A stretch of DNA of 64,000 bases from contig JACPSK010000001.1 in NCBI GenBank assembly GCA_016193335.1, positions 279,424 to 343,423 on the forward strand. The letters are read 5' to 3'. The notes beneath the pieces are model-generated. The model saw only the letters and a list, made by a program, of their open reading frames with translations. It was not told the DNA's origin and did not search any database. Source of the DNA: Candidatus Magasanikiibacteriota bacterium (GTDB lineage Bacteria; Patescibacteriota; Patescibacteriia; Magasanikbacterales; UBA922). The stretch's first letter is position 1, and each line of letters begins with the position of its first letter. Of this stretch, positions 9,075 through 19,200 are shown piece by piece. The position numbers were made by a program, and so were the translations under genes.

Positions 9075-10352
9075 CTACATCCCCATCTTCTTTCGCAAAA
9101 AAGCGGGAATCTCCAAGTCTTCCTCAGGGTCTACCGAACTTTTGGAGTCTTCATGAGAAGAGGCACTTTTGGAAGGCAAGATGTCTTCCATGTCCATGAT
9201 CTTTTTGGTAAATTGAGGTTTTGGCTTGGCCGCGATCTCTTCTTCTTGGAGTTGTTGAGCCGAGTCTTGTTTCTTTTTTGTAAAAATTGCCGATCTGAAA
9301 CTGTTGCGTCTGGCCGGGTAAGAAGATTCAAATTCTCCGCCCGTATTGTAAGAGCCTTGTTCAGAAGATGATGAAAAAGCCCGTTCAGGTTCCCGCTTGT
9401 CGAAGCCAGTGGCGATAACCGTGATTCTGATATCTTCTCCCATCTGTTCGTCAATAACCGCTCCAAAAATAACTTTGGCATTGTCATCGGCTGAACTTGT
9501 AATAATTTTTGCGGCTTCCGCCACCTCTTGCATCCCAAGGCCACTGCCACCGGTTATGGTAAACAATATGCCCCGCGCCCCGTCTATGGAAATTTCCAAG
9601 AGAGGACTAGAGATGGCGGATTTGGCCGCTTCCACCGCACGGTTTTCGCCACTCCCTGTGCCGATGCCCATAAGCGCTGAACCGGTATCGCTCATTATCG
9701 TTTTTACGTCGGCGAAATCCACATTTATAAGACCCGGTACGGTAATCAATTCCGAAATACCCTGCACGCCTTGACGCAGAACGTCATCCACGATTTTGAA
9801 AGCTTCGAGTAAAGATGTTTTCTTGTCTATGATTTGTAAAATCCGATCATTATGTATGGTTATGATTGTGTCTACCTGTCCTGACAATTCTTCATAAGCC
9901 CGTTCGGCGATGTCTTTTCTTTGAGGTCCTTCAAAAGAAAACGGCTTCGTAACCACGGCAACGGTAAGTATCCCCATGTCCCTCGCTATTTCAGCGATGA
10001 CAGGACTGGCGCCAGAACCCGTGCCTCCGCCAAGACCGCAGGTGATAAAAACCATGTCAGTGTCTTTGAGCATTTCACGAACTTCGTTTTGAGTTTCCTC
10101 GGCGCTTCGCTTGCCCACTTCGGGATTCATGCCAGCCCCAAGACCCCTGGTAACGGTTTTGCCTATGTGCAATTTGTGAGGCGCGCTGTTGTGATGCAAA
10201 GCCTGCACGTCTGTATTCATGGCAATAAAATCAACTCCGCGTATGCCGCTCTTTACCATGCGGTCAACGGCAGAACCGCCGGAACCGCCTACTCCAATCA
10301 CTTTTATTTTTGCGAAGGTTTCGATTTCTGGTTTCACTTGTGGCATAAACAT
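9075..10352 (-). CDS. ftsZ: Cell division GTPase FtsZ
   Basis: 425 aa. [12 protein letters not shown], tubulin signature [13 protein letters not shown], disordered C-terminal tail. Confidence 0.9.
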   Translation of the reverse strand: MFMPQVKPEIETFAKIKVIGVGGSGGSAVDRMVKSGIRGVDFIAMNTDVQALHHNSAPHKLHIGKTVTRGLGAGMNPEVGKRSAEETQNEVREMLKDTDMVFITCGLGGGTGSGASPVIAEIARDMGILTVAVVTKPFSFEGPQRKDIAERAYEELSGQVDTIITIHNDRILQIIDKKTSLLEAFKIVDDVLRQGVQGISELITVPGLINVDFADVKTIMSDTGSALMGIGTGSGENRAVEAAKSAISSPLLEISIDGARGILFTITGGSGLGMQEVAEAAKIITSSADDNAKVIFGAVIDEQMGEDIRITVIATGFDKREPERAFSSSSEQGSYNTGGEFESSYPARRNSFRSAIFTKKKQDSAQQLQEEEIAAKPKPQFTKKIMDMEDILPSKSASSHEDSKSSVDPEEDLEIPAFLRKKMGM

Positions 10353-10488
10353 TGGCTCAAATATTACTCCGAGTAAAAAAGGTATTCAATAAAAGATCGG
10401 AATTTACTCTTTGTATAAAATCTATATACAGTTTAGAGCTTTCACCCTATAGTGTCAAGAATGCAAGACGTGAGTGTGAATAAGTAAT

Positions 10489-10594
10489 AGGCCTATCCCT
10501 TCATAACACAATTTAAAAATCCCGAGGACGAGCGCGAGAACGAAGCCGGCTGACTCCGCAGACTTGCTAAAATATATTATGAATGGACAGGCTT
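10489..10594. repeat. Conserved ~105-nt palindromic element, locus A (imperfect long stem around 38-nt GC-rich core gaggacgagcgcgagaacgaagccggctgactccgca)
   Basis: Core is ~85% identical to 58090-58127. Flanking arms (aggcctatcccttcataacacaatttaaaaatccc / ...ttatgaatggacaggctt) are inverted repeats. ftsA-ftsZ intergenic. Confidence 0.5.
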
Positions 10595-10602
10595 GAATAC
10601 GT

Positions 10603-10647
10603 AAAAAATCAGGACTCTGCCAGAAAGCTGGCAGAGTCCTGATTTTG
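10603..10647. terminator. Bidirectional rho-independent terminator between ftsA and ftsZ (17-bp perfect stem flanked by A6 / T4)
   Basis: aaaaaa-tcaggactctgccag-aaag-ctggcagagtcctga-tttt. On the minus strand it is followed by U6, so it terminates ftsA transcripts. Confidence 0.6.
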
Positions 10648-10709
10648 ATATTTCGCAGAGCCCATCTCGAAAATAATTTGAGATGGGCTCTGGTTAAAAA
10701 AATTGGATC

Positions 10710-11987
10710 CTACGGTATTAAAGATTTAAATATTTTATGAAAACGATCTCTGACCCCGTGGGTTAGTTTTAATGAAAAACGCTTTTTATTACCGGCCCGA
10801 TGAACCGAACTCCCCCATTTAACGAGACCGATGACAGGCGCAAAGGCGGCATCATTTATTTTGCTGGTAATGCCCTGAATACCAAATAATTGTCCTTGGC
10901 GAGCGGGCAGGGAAAGTTGTTCTTTGGACAGATCTACCAAACCGCCGATTTTAGAACCTCCACCGACAAAAGAAACACCGGCGGGCAAAAGACCCGCCCT
11001 GTCTATGGCGATAAGTTCTTGGTCTATTTTTTCCAAAATTTCTGCGGCACGGGCTTCTACGATTTCCGAAATATAATGAAAGTGAACAAGCTCGCTATGT
11101 TCAGCGCCAAGATCAGCCAGATCTATGGTTTCTTTCTTGCCCACAGACTTGCTGAGACAATGGCCATAGCGTATTTTAACTTTTTCCGCTATATCGATAG
11201 AAGTTTTGAGCCCCAAGGCCAAATCATTGGTAATGTGAGAAGAACCTATTGGTATAGCGGCAGTATGCATGATATCGCCTTCTTCGTAAACTACCAAAGT
11301 AGTGCTTGGCCCTCCGATATTCACTATCAAAACTCCAAGTTCCTTTTGCTTTGAATCGGCAACCACTTCTCCGGCGGCAAGAATTGAAAGTACAAAATCG
11401 TCGATATCCACGCCGGCGCGATACACCGCTTTTGTGATATTTTTCATGTGTGAGCTCAGCCCATAAATGATTTTTGTATCAACCTCCAGCCTTATGCCGG
11501 TCATGCCGACCGGATCTTTGATATGAGTTTGGCCATCAACACTATAACCCCTCGGCAACACATGAAGCACTTCATAATTCAAAGGACTGGCTATAGTGCG
11601 CGCGGCTTCCACCACTCGTTCCACATCATCGTCTGATATTTCGCCGTCAGAACGGCCCACGGCCACCACGCCTCTGCTTTCTTGAACGATAATTTTTGCG
11701 CCGCTTACCCCTACCCATACATGTTCAAGAGGCATGCCGACTACCCTTTCAGCCTGCTCGAGCGCGTTTGAGATTACTGAAACGGTGTCTTCGATACTCG
11801 TGATAAGACCTTTTTGTAAGCCTTCTGAGGGGACTTCTATAGCCGCGATGATCTGGAGAGAGCCTGGCTGGTCTGTATGGTAGACATATTGGCCCACAGC
11901 CAAACGAACAGAAGTAGATCCTATATCAAGACCTGTAATCAATTCCACTTTGTCTTTTCCGCGCGCCATGCCCATAGTTTGATTCAT
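10710..11987 (-). CDS. ftsA: Cell division protein FtsA (actin-like ATPase)
   Basis: 425 aa. ITGLDIGSTSVRLAVGQ N-terminal phosphate-1 motif, IVNIGGPSTTLVVYEEG, actin-fold layout. Confidence 0.9.
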   Translation of the reverse strand: MNQTMGMARGKDKVELITGLDIGSTSVRLAVGQYVYHTDQPGSLQIIAAIEVPSEGLQKGLITSIEDTVSVISNALEQAERVVGMPLEHVWVGVSGAKIIVQESRGVVAVGRSDGEISDDDVERVVEAARTIASPLNYEVLHVLPRGYSVDGQTHIKDPVGMTGIRLEVDTKIIYGLSSHMKNITKAVYRAGVDIDDFVLSILAAGEVVADSKQKELGVLIVNIGGPSTTLVVYEEGDIMHTAAIPIGSSHITNDLALGLKTSIDIAEKVKIRYGHCLSKSVGKKETIDLADLGAEHSELVHFHYISEIVEARAAEILEKIDQELIAIDRAGLLPAGVSFVGGGSKIGGLVDLSKEQLSLPARQGQLFGIQGITSKINDAAFAPVIGLVKWGSSVHRAGNKKRFSLKLTHGVRDRFHKIFKSLIP

Positions 11988-12013
11988 TTTTTGATGACGG
12001 TACTATTGTAACA

Positions 12014-12382
12014 CTATTTATCGAGCCACTCAATAAGGTAAGGGGAAAAAAGTATTATCCCTGCCAAGGCAGACCCCAATGAAGCGCAGAGCACCGCGGC
12101 CGCCATGCAATCTTTTATCCGTTTTACATGCTCGCTGAGCCGAGGTTTCGCCACATCCAACAAAATTTCCACCGCTGTATTAATTAATTCCAAAGCCCAC
12201 ACAAAAGCTATGAGTATTATGATGATGATCCATTCGATTGGGGATATCTTAAAGACAAAGGCAAAACACAGGGCGATGAGAGCGAAAAGGGCGTGAATTT
12301 TAAAATTACGTTCACGTCTGAACGTAAGCACAATACCCCCCAAAGCTCTGCGCACACTATGCAAAAATGTATTTTTATTCAT
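12014..12382 (-). CDS. dgkA: Diacylglycerol/undecaprenol kinase (DgkA family), 3-TM
   Basis: 122 aa, three hydrophobic helices. Conserved ALELINTAVEILLD region typical of prokaryotic DAGK. Confidence 0.7.
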   Translation of the reverse strand: MNKNTFLHSVRRALGGIVLTFRRERNFKIHALFALIALCFAFVFKISPIEWIIIIILIAFVWALELINTAVEILLDVAKPRLSEHVKRIKDCMAAAVLCASLGSALAGIILFSPYLIEWLDK

Positions 12383-12423
12383 ACATGCTCAAAATCTCTT
12401 CTAGCTCCACTCGCCAAGCCGTA

Positions 12424-12861
12424 TCAAAAATGTTCAACAGCCTTCCTCAAAAATCGTTCTTGTAGCTCAAACATTTTTTTGGCTTGCCACTCTTCTTTGT
12501 GATCATAGCCCATATTGTGCAGTACACCATGTATAAGCATTCGCGTCAATTCTTCTTTGTAGGGCACAGACCAACAGGCCGCCTGCCTGCGAATATAAGG
12601 AACTGAAATAAAAATATCTCCCAGGTCTGAATGTTTCAAAGGGACGGCGCTTCCTTCTTGAGCGGAAAATGAAAGCACGTCAGTGGACCTATGGATACCA
12701 CGGTGCTCGGCGTTAAGATTGCGCATCTTGCGATCCCCGATAAAGTGTACACTGAGCTCTCCGTCTTTCCGCAAACCCTTGAGCAGATATGCTATGGTTT
12801 TTTTGACAAAGATTTTTGAAACTCCTATCTCTTTGACACTCTGATATATATTGCATTCCAT
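12424..12861 (-). CDS. ybeY: rRNA maturation endoribonuclease YbeY
   Basis: 145 aa. HGVLHNMGYDH zinc-binding H3xH5xH motif. Classic ybeY-dgkA neighbourhood. Confidence 0.85.
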   Translation of the reverse strand: MECNIYQSVKEIGVSKIFVKKTIAYLLKGLRKDGELSVHFIGDRKMRNLNAEHRGIHRSTDVLSFSAQEGSAVPLKHSDLGDIFISVPYIRRQAACWSVPYKEELTRMLIHGVLHNMGYDHKEEWQAKKMFELQERFLRKAVEHF

Positions 12862-12867
12862 AGAGTG

Positions 12868-14130
12868 CTATTGCGGCCCCAAAACTCCGGACGGGGATGT
12901 GGAAGCGGAACTGTCCGTAAAGTCTGACGTGATCCCGTCTTCTGAAATGCCCGGAGTAGAGGTATTTGTTATATCCAAATCAGAAGATTCAACTCCGGGG
13001 ACAGACGCGGGAGAAACTTGTTCCGGCAGTTCCTTGCCGGCTGAAGCCGGCCTAAAACTTTGGATCATCATGTTCATAACATTCTTAAAAACCGCCGGAC
13101 CGACATTCCCCGGACGATACACCATGATATATACCATCCCCTTGCTTGGAAAGTAAGCCACCATGCTGTCTCGGCGCTTCCATCCTTCCACTTCAAAACG
13201 GTTGGTAAATTGAAGAAGATCCGTAATATTTTGATTGGCGGCGTGTTGCTCAAACCATGCCGTAAAATCACGCTTGTCATCCTTGGCCGCGCGCACTTCG
13301 ATATAATCGCCGCTCACCGCGCTCAATAATACTTGTTTCCCCGATTTGTCGACTTCACCCACTTGCCAATCTTTGGGGTAATACAGTCTGTAGTCAAAAA
13401 TTAAATTGATATATTGTTTTATAAGCCCTGAATCAATAAGGCGGACCGGAGCGAAACCTTTTGGATTATAAAGATTAAAGACTTCTTGCCCATCGTAATA
13501 GCCATCGGCATCAGAGTCCCAAGAGCCCGAATCAGTGTCAAAAATCTCTTCTTCTTTATCACTGAGCTGGTCTTTGTCTATGTCCGTAGCTTCGGATGAA
13601 CTGAACGGCGGAAATTTTATATTCAATTTTTCGGCGTCTGATTCGGAAAGAGACGCATCTTCTGGGATAAGATCCGTGGAGCTAGAGACAAATTTTTCAG
13701 AGCTCGTGGAAGATACAACAGAACTCTTCTGTGGTTCAATAGCCCGGGTGCTGGTTCCGCTCTGCGTGGCGGCTTGAGGCGCGTTACTTTGTTTGGCTGC
13801 CTCTGTCTCAAGCCGGAGAATGGAACGAGCTTGAAAATAACCCCGAAGGTAATAAACGCCTATAAGCGAAACCACACCAAACAAGGCGGCAGAAATAAAC
13901 CACACAGGTTTTTTATTCGATAAAAACAGGAGCTTATGTTTCTCCCCTGAACCCACGGCTTGCTTTCCCAAAAAATTTTTATTCGGATTCTGTGTATTTT
14001 GAGTTGAATCCTGTACCGTTTTTTGATGATACAAAATCGGATCTTTGCCGCCATAAAAGAGATCCGGAATGGTGTGCACTTGCAAACGTTGAGAATCCTC
14101 TTCTGTTTGTTCTTTTTTCCTTCCAAACAT
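12868..14130 (-). CDS. Bitopic surface protein with acidic Dx[DN]xDG (thrombospondin type-3-like) Ca-binding repeat ending LYNPKGF, plus extra C-terminal domain
   Basis: 420 aa. Cytoplasmic N-terminus, TM WFISAALFGVVSLIGVYYL. Repeat DTDSGSWDSDADGYYDGQEVFNLYNPKGF at ~aa 195-225. Paralogous repeat in the two downstream genes. Confidence 0.55.
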   Translation of the reverse strand: MFGRKKEQTEEDSQRLQVHTIPDLFYGGKDPILYHQKTVQDSTQNTQNPNKNFLGKQAVGSGEKHKLLFLSNKKPVWFISAALFGVVSLIGVYYLRGYFQARSILRLETEAAKQSNAPQAATQSGTSTRAIEPQKSSVVSSTSSEKFVSSSTDLIPEDASLSESDAEKLNIKFPPFSSSEATDIDKDQLSDKEEEIFDTDSGSWDSDADGYYDGQEVFNLYNPKGFAPVRLIDSGLIKQYINLIFDYRLYYPKDWQVGEVDKSGKQVLLSAVSGDYIEVRAAKDDKRDFTAWFEQHAANQNITDLLQFTNRFEVEGWKRRDSMVAYFPSKGMVYIMVYRPGNVGPAVFKNVMNMMIQSFRPASAGKELPEQVSPASVPGVESSDLDITNTSTPGISEDGITSDFTDSSASTSPSGVLGPQ

Positions 14131-14183
14131 AAAATATAGCTGAGAGAAATCAGAAAAAATCGATTCTTAACGGCAGACTTGAT

Positions 14184-15158
14184 TTATTGAGCGCTAGTAG
14201 TGGTTGGGGGCTCAAAAATTTTGCCCGGCCCGGCCGGGTTATAACCGTTCTTTACTTCTGTACCATCCTCATACGTGTCTCCATCAGTGTCAGGATCAAG
14301 CGGATTGGTCTTCCAGATAATGAGTTCGTCTCCGTCGCTGAGCTCATCTCCGTCGCTATCCCAGTTCAGCGGATCTGTGTTTGTTTCGGTCTCCCTGATA
14401 TCATCAAGGCCGTCCGCGTCAGTATCTAAAACCGAATCCCCGAATAACACACTCTCATCCACGGTCCCTGCGGTATCTTTGCCCTTGTCCTTTGTTCCAG
14501 CACCGACGGTCGGAGTTTTGTTTACCGGAGCTTGCTCAACATTATCTAGAAAGGGGTCCTCAGAATCTTTACCTTCGACAGAAGAAGCCGGAAACTGTGA
14601 ATTGGAACTTTCGATAAGGCGGTTATTGTCCGCCGTGCGAATGACTGAAAGATAAATCCAAGTCCCGCCCACCCCAATCACCAGCAAAAAAATTACAATA
14701 ATAATAATTGCTATCGTTTTTCTCTTGCCAATAGGCTCTCTCATCATATCGATGCCAGGCGCAGCTTCTTGCATTCTTTCGGACATCATGGAAGTGCTTT
14801 GAGACATACTCGGTGGAGCCATATTTGGCGCTGTTTTGTACCTTTCTTGCCGAAATTCTGGCTCTTGAGCTTGAGAATCTTTCTGCCGACGATTTTGGAT
14901 ATTATAAGGATCCGCCGGCTGAGGCTGGACCTTGGGGCGGAGTATACCGGCGCCCAAGGCCGTAGTCGGGCTTGGCGTCTCCGGGGCCGGAGAATTCTGC
15001 GAAGCAAAATCAGCATTTTCGGTCGCAGAAATTCCCGGACCCGACTCGGGCTGAGAGAGGGCAGATTCATCGGTTGAAGCAAAAATATCTTCCGGTTCTC
15101 CTATCGGAAGATTTGAAGGCGTAGTCCCTGGATTCAGTGCTTGTTGGTCATCAAACAT
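14184..15158 (-). CDS. Bitopic surface protein: disordered P/Q/S-rich cytoplasmic N-terminus, one TM, extracellular TSP3-like DxDxDG repeats ending GYNPAGPG
   Basis: 324 aa. TM IAIIIIVIFLLVIGVGGTWIYLSVI. C-terminal LDTDADGLDDIRETETNTDPLNWDSDGDELSDGDELIIWKTNPLDPDTDGDTYEDGTEVKNGYNPAGPG. Confidence 0.55.
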   Translation of the reverse strand: MFDDQQALNPGTTPSNLPIGEPEDIFASTDESALSQPESGPGISATENADFASQNSPAPETPSPTTALGAGILRPKVQPQPADPYNIQNRRQKDSQAQEPEFRQERYKTAPNMAPPSMSQSTSMMSERMQEAAPGIDMMREPIGKRKTIAIIIIVIFLLVIGVGGTWIYLSVIRTADNNRLIESSNSQFPASSVEGKDSEDPFLDNVEQAPVNKTPTVGAGTKDKGKDTAGTVDESVLFGDSVLDTDADGLDDIRETETNTDPLNWDSDGDELSDGDELIIWKTNPLDPDTDGDTYEDGTEVKNGYNPAGPGKIFEPPTTTSAQ

Positions 15159-15179
15159 AGTATAAGATAATTATAGATG

Positions 15180-16199
15180 CTAATTGCCCGTTTGCAAAAG
15201 ACCCGCGCCTTTGGGGTTATACCCTTTTATTACTTCGAGTCCGTCTCTAAAACCGTCTCCGTCCGTGTCCGCGTTGAGCGGATCTGTACCCCAAATTTCC
15301 ACTTCAGCGGAATCACTTAACGCGTCATTGTCTGTATCAAAACTCCGAATGCTGGTTCCATAATTCGGTTCTTCGCTGTCTTCCAGACCGTCTCCGTCTT
15401 GATCGTTTGAAATGTCCAATTCAGCCGGAGGGATTTGCACAAGCCCACCAAGCAAACCCGCGCTTACCATACCGCCAAGACTCTGCAATGTCTCATTCGC
15501 CGTGTTTGCCGAAGCTTGCAAGGCGGCTCCCTTTTCCGCATCCATTCTCAGCGCAGAAGCAAGAAATTCGTTTCTTTTCTGAATATGCAAATCTATGTCT
15601 GACAAAAATCTTTTAAAAAGCGTTTCATCCTGAAAAGCTCCTGTCCATCTATTGCTCGTGCTTTGGACTTTGCGGATAAAGGCGTTCGCGGATGCCATGG
15701 CTTTCGCGGCCCCTTCATAATCTTTATTTTGCCTTACCATGAGAGAGGCAAGTTCCATGCTCTCTTGAGCATATTTCAAGGCCTTCTGAGCCTTGTCAAC
15801 CGGATTGAAGGTAAAAAATAAGTTGGCTTTTTTTACCACATCCCCCAGATATTGGCCTGCCCGTGAGGGTACGTTTTGTGGAGATTCAACCTCTATAATC
15901 TGAAAAGTCCGAGAAGCGTCACCGCCAGTCGTCACCAGAACCAAGCTACCACCTCCCACGCTGTCTTCTGCCTGTGCATTGCCTGAGAGAAGAAGCCCGA
16001 CAAAAACAAGTACAGCCATACAGAATCTGAAAGTATTCTTAATGTTTCCCCGCGGGTCTCCGTTCGCAATTTTGCCGGAACAGAAAAAAAAGAAAGAGGG
16101 ATGGGACGAAAAAACGGCCCCAGAATGTGAATTAAGGGTTTGCTCTACATTTAACGAAAAAATATCAGATCTCTGAATCATAGACACAGTATAGCACAT
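15180..16199 (-). CDS. Secreted/anchored protein with helical N-domain and C-terminal TSP3-like DxDxDG repeats ending GYNPKGAG. True start probably at internal Met (~16019)
   Basis: 339 aa as called. Signal-like MAVLVFVGLLLSGNAQA begins at aa 61. C-terminal DISNDQDGDGLEDSEEPNYGTSIRSFDTDNDALSDSAEVEIWGTDPLNADTDGDGFRDGLEVIKGYNPKGAG. Confidence 0.5.
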   Translation of the reverse strand: MCYTVSMIQRSDIFSLNVEQTLNSHSGAVFSSHPSFFFFCSGKIANGDPRGNIKNTFRFCMAVLVFVGLLLSGNAQAEDSVGGGSLVLVTTGGDASRTFQIIEVESPQNVPSRAGQYLGDVVKKANLFFTFNPVDKAQKALKYAQESMELASLMVRQNKDYEGAAKAMASANAFIRKVQSTSNRWTGAFQDETLFKRFLSDIDLHIQKRNEFLASALRMDAEKGAALQASANTANETLQSLGGMVSAGLLGGLVQIPPAELDISNDQDGDGLEDSEEPNYGTSIRSFDTDNDALSDSAEVEIWGTDPLNADTDGDGFRDGLEVIKGYNPKGAGLLQTGN

Positions 16200-16200
16200 T

Positions 16201-19200
16201 TTAAAGCGAACATTTTTCTTCGGGTGGCAGAGGCATATTTTCTTTTATCTGACAGATATCTGTTTCTATAGTCTCAACAGGCTCTATACCATAACTGTAC
16301 GTGCCATCAGCCGAGGGACTTACCAAAAAATTAAAGACATGCCAGTACGGAGCCAAAGAATTACTGCTGGAATCGGCCGCGTCTTTTATATTAAAAGAAT
16401 AATCAGGCTGATACAAAGAATAGAGCGGCACTTGTCCTTCGTGGTAAGAATACACATCAACTTGAAGATTGCTATTTGTGTATGAGCCGAGAACATCATC
16501 CACCGCTTCCACGAAAAACCCATAAGAATGCGGCTGAGCAGTAACGATTATTGACGGGTCTATGGTAAAGGATTGGATAAAAGTCTTAGCGGCTCCCGCG
16601 ATTTCATGAACAAACACGCCGTTTGTTCCTGTGCAGCCACTTCCATTCAATGGAGCCGGCATCCAATACTCCTCGCTAACCGACCCCTCATCTGTTTGCA
16701 CGGTCTTATCGGTTTTTACCATAAATTTGCATAATTTTTGCAAGGGGTTAACAGCAGATTTCGCGTCAGCATAACGAATGAGCGCTTTCGTGGGATCTCC
16801 GCCGGAAAATTTCGCCAAACGAGAACTGTACAAGCCGCCGGAAAATATGCCGCCTTTCTTGTTTTCTTCGTCAGTCCAGCGAAGCACTACGCGAACGACA
16901 CCCTCAGGCACTGCCGGCGAAACAACCAATTCATTGACTATTTTTTCTTTTTCTCCATTCACCGGATAATCGAAGAAATGTTTCTTTTTGGCTTTGTATT
17001 GAAGCATTGAACCGCTTATGCCGGTGGCGGTCTGTATTCCAAGCCTGTTAAACGATAAAGCATATTCTTCTTTGCATAAAAGGTTTGCTTCTATATTACT
17101 TTCAGAGGTTATGAAGAAAGGATTTGAAGGAGTTTTAACAGTAATTAATGAAACATCATCGGGTTCCAGACTGAAGAAAGCACCCAAACCACCCTCTGTC
17201 TTAAGCTGTTTCCTGCCAAGAGACAAATCATAATCCGCCAGTTTCGCCCAATTCAAACCGGAACCCAGACTCTGTGTGTCTCCCCCTGTCAAAGGATCCA
17301 CCATTGGGTTGAGCAGAGCTAAAAGAGGCTCCGGGCCAAAGGTCTTTACGCCGCAGGCCACGCATTTGTTCTCCGGCTCTCCCAGACAATCGGAGGAACA
17401 AACCCAAGACCCTTTGTTTGTATAGTCCGGCCCCGCGTCGCAGACCAGCTGTTTTGAGTTGGCTTGTGATTTCTCCGCGACACAAGAGTCATAAGCCGCC
17501 ACGCAATCTTGTTTGCATTGAACATCGGAAACCAAAACTTTTTCCATAAAGGCGTCCGCGTCCGGGTTGTCTTCCCACGGTATTAATTCAAAAGGCAAGG
17601 GCTGGGCCGAGGTCCCATATAGCTTATTGCAGAGTTCTTTTGCCGGATCAGTGTATTGATCCCATTTTGTATAAGAAGAAAAGGAAACATTTACCCCACT
17701 GTTGATCCCTCCGATGGGAAAACCATAATAAGTATCAGGCACACCCTCTGGCGCATGGCCATAGGCCACGCGTATCCGATTTTGTGGATTGGCCGTGTTT
17801 TTGCAAATGTAGCCATCCAGGGTTTCTTTGCCGTATTTCCAAGGGCTTTGAAAATGATCCTCGCAATCGTTCTCGCAAGTCTGCACCTGAGTTTCGGCAA
17901 GACAAATATCCTGGACCTCGGCCAAGGTTTGGGGAATCAAAATAGCAGTACTACTAAAGGGCTCGCATTGCTCCGGACCGCTAATGAGCCCGTCTCCGCA
18001 AAATTCTCCCGAATCAATCGTCAAGATATTTTTACAATCCAATGAACAGTAATTGCAGGACTTGCCATAGACCGGACTGCATTTTACGCCGTTTTTGTCT
18101 TTTCCAAGATCACAGGCTTCTCCAATGTCTTGTTCAATTTTCCCATTGCCGCACTCTGCTTTGGCGATTTCCACGGTGCAAGACGAGGAACAACCGTCAC
18201 CGTCTTTTTTGTTGCCATCGTCGCAAGCCTCTGTCCCTTCTTTTTTTCCATTCCCGCAGAGAAGCGTTACCTCTTCAACTTCACAATAAGTATTACAGCC
18301 ATCGCCGTTTGTTTTGTTGCCATCGTCGCAAGCCTCGTATTCATGTTGGATTGATCCGTCTCCGCAATAATTGCCCACGGCCTTGCAATTCGCGGCGCAG
18401 CTGAATTCAGAAGAAAAATGATAGCTTGGATCTTTTAAGCAAGTATCAACGCAGTCTGAATTCTGGGAACAAGAAAGCCCCAGCGCCTTGCCGTTTGAAT
18501 TGTAGCAGGCGCCGTTCGTGCAAACCAAATTGAAATTACATTCATTCACCGCGCCACAAAGCGTATTCGCGTATTTGCAATATCCCGGTTTCTGCGCGTA
18601 TTTTGCTTCAGCTATATCACAGACTTCTTTGCCCGCTTGCACCAAACCATCTCCGCAATAAGCGGGATGCAGACCCTGGCAGGCCCCGACTTTGCTTCCG
18701 TCCGATAGAGCGCTCTTGCTGTCCGCGCAATGTCCATAGGTTCCATTCAAAGCTCCGTCATCGCATTTTTCTCCTGATTCTACCACGCCATTGCCGCAGG
18801 TATATGAAGCCGTGCAAAGGCCATACTCCCATGTTTTGCAATCTTGGCTACATATACTTTTAGCGAAATTACCCGTGGGGCATTGACCCAAGCCGCCCTG
18901 AATCGCGCCCACACATTGATCAAACTCCCAAGTAACACTCTTGGCGCAAGTAAGCGTCTGCTGATTTATTGCAACATATTGATTGAAGCCATCTTGGTTT
19001 AAAATATTCGGATTCGCATTGTCTAAATCGACAATACCGAATGAAGTGGCATCGTAATACGAGGCTGTTCTGCATTCACTGTCAGAGGAACAACCAAAGG
19101 CAACAAGTTTCAAACCGCCAGGCTCCCAAGTGGAGACAAGCTGATCATAAATTATCTCTTGAGCATTAGAGGACTTCGAATTGATACAGACTCCCTCTTT

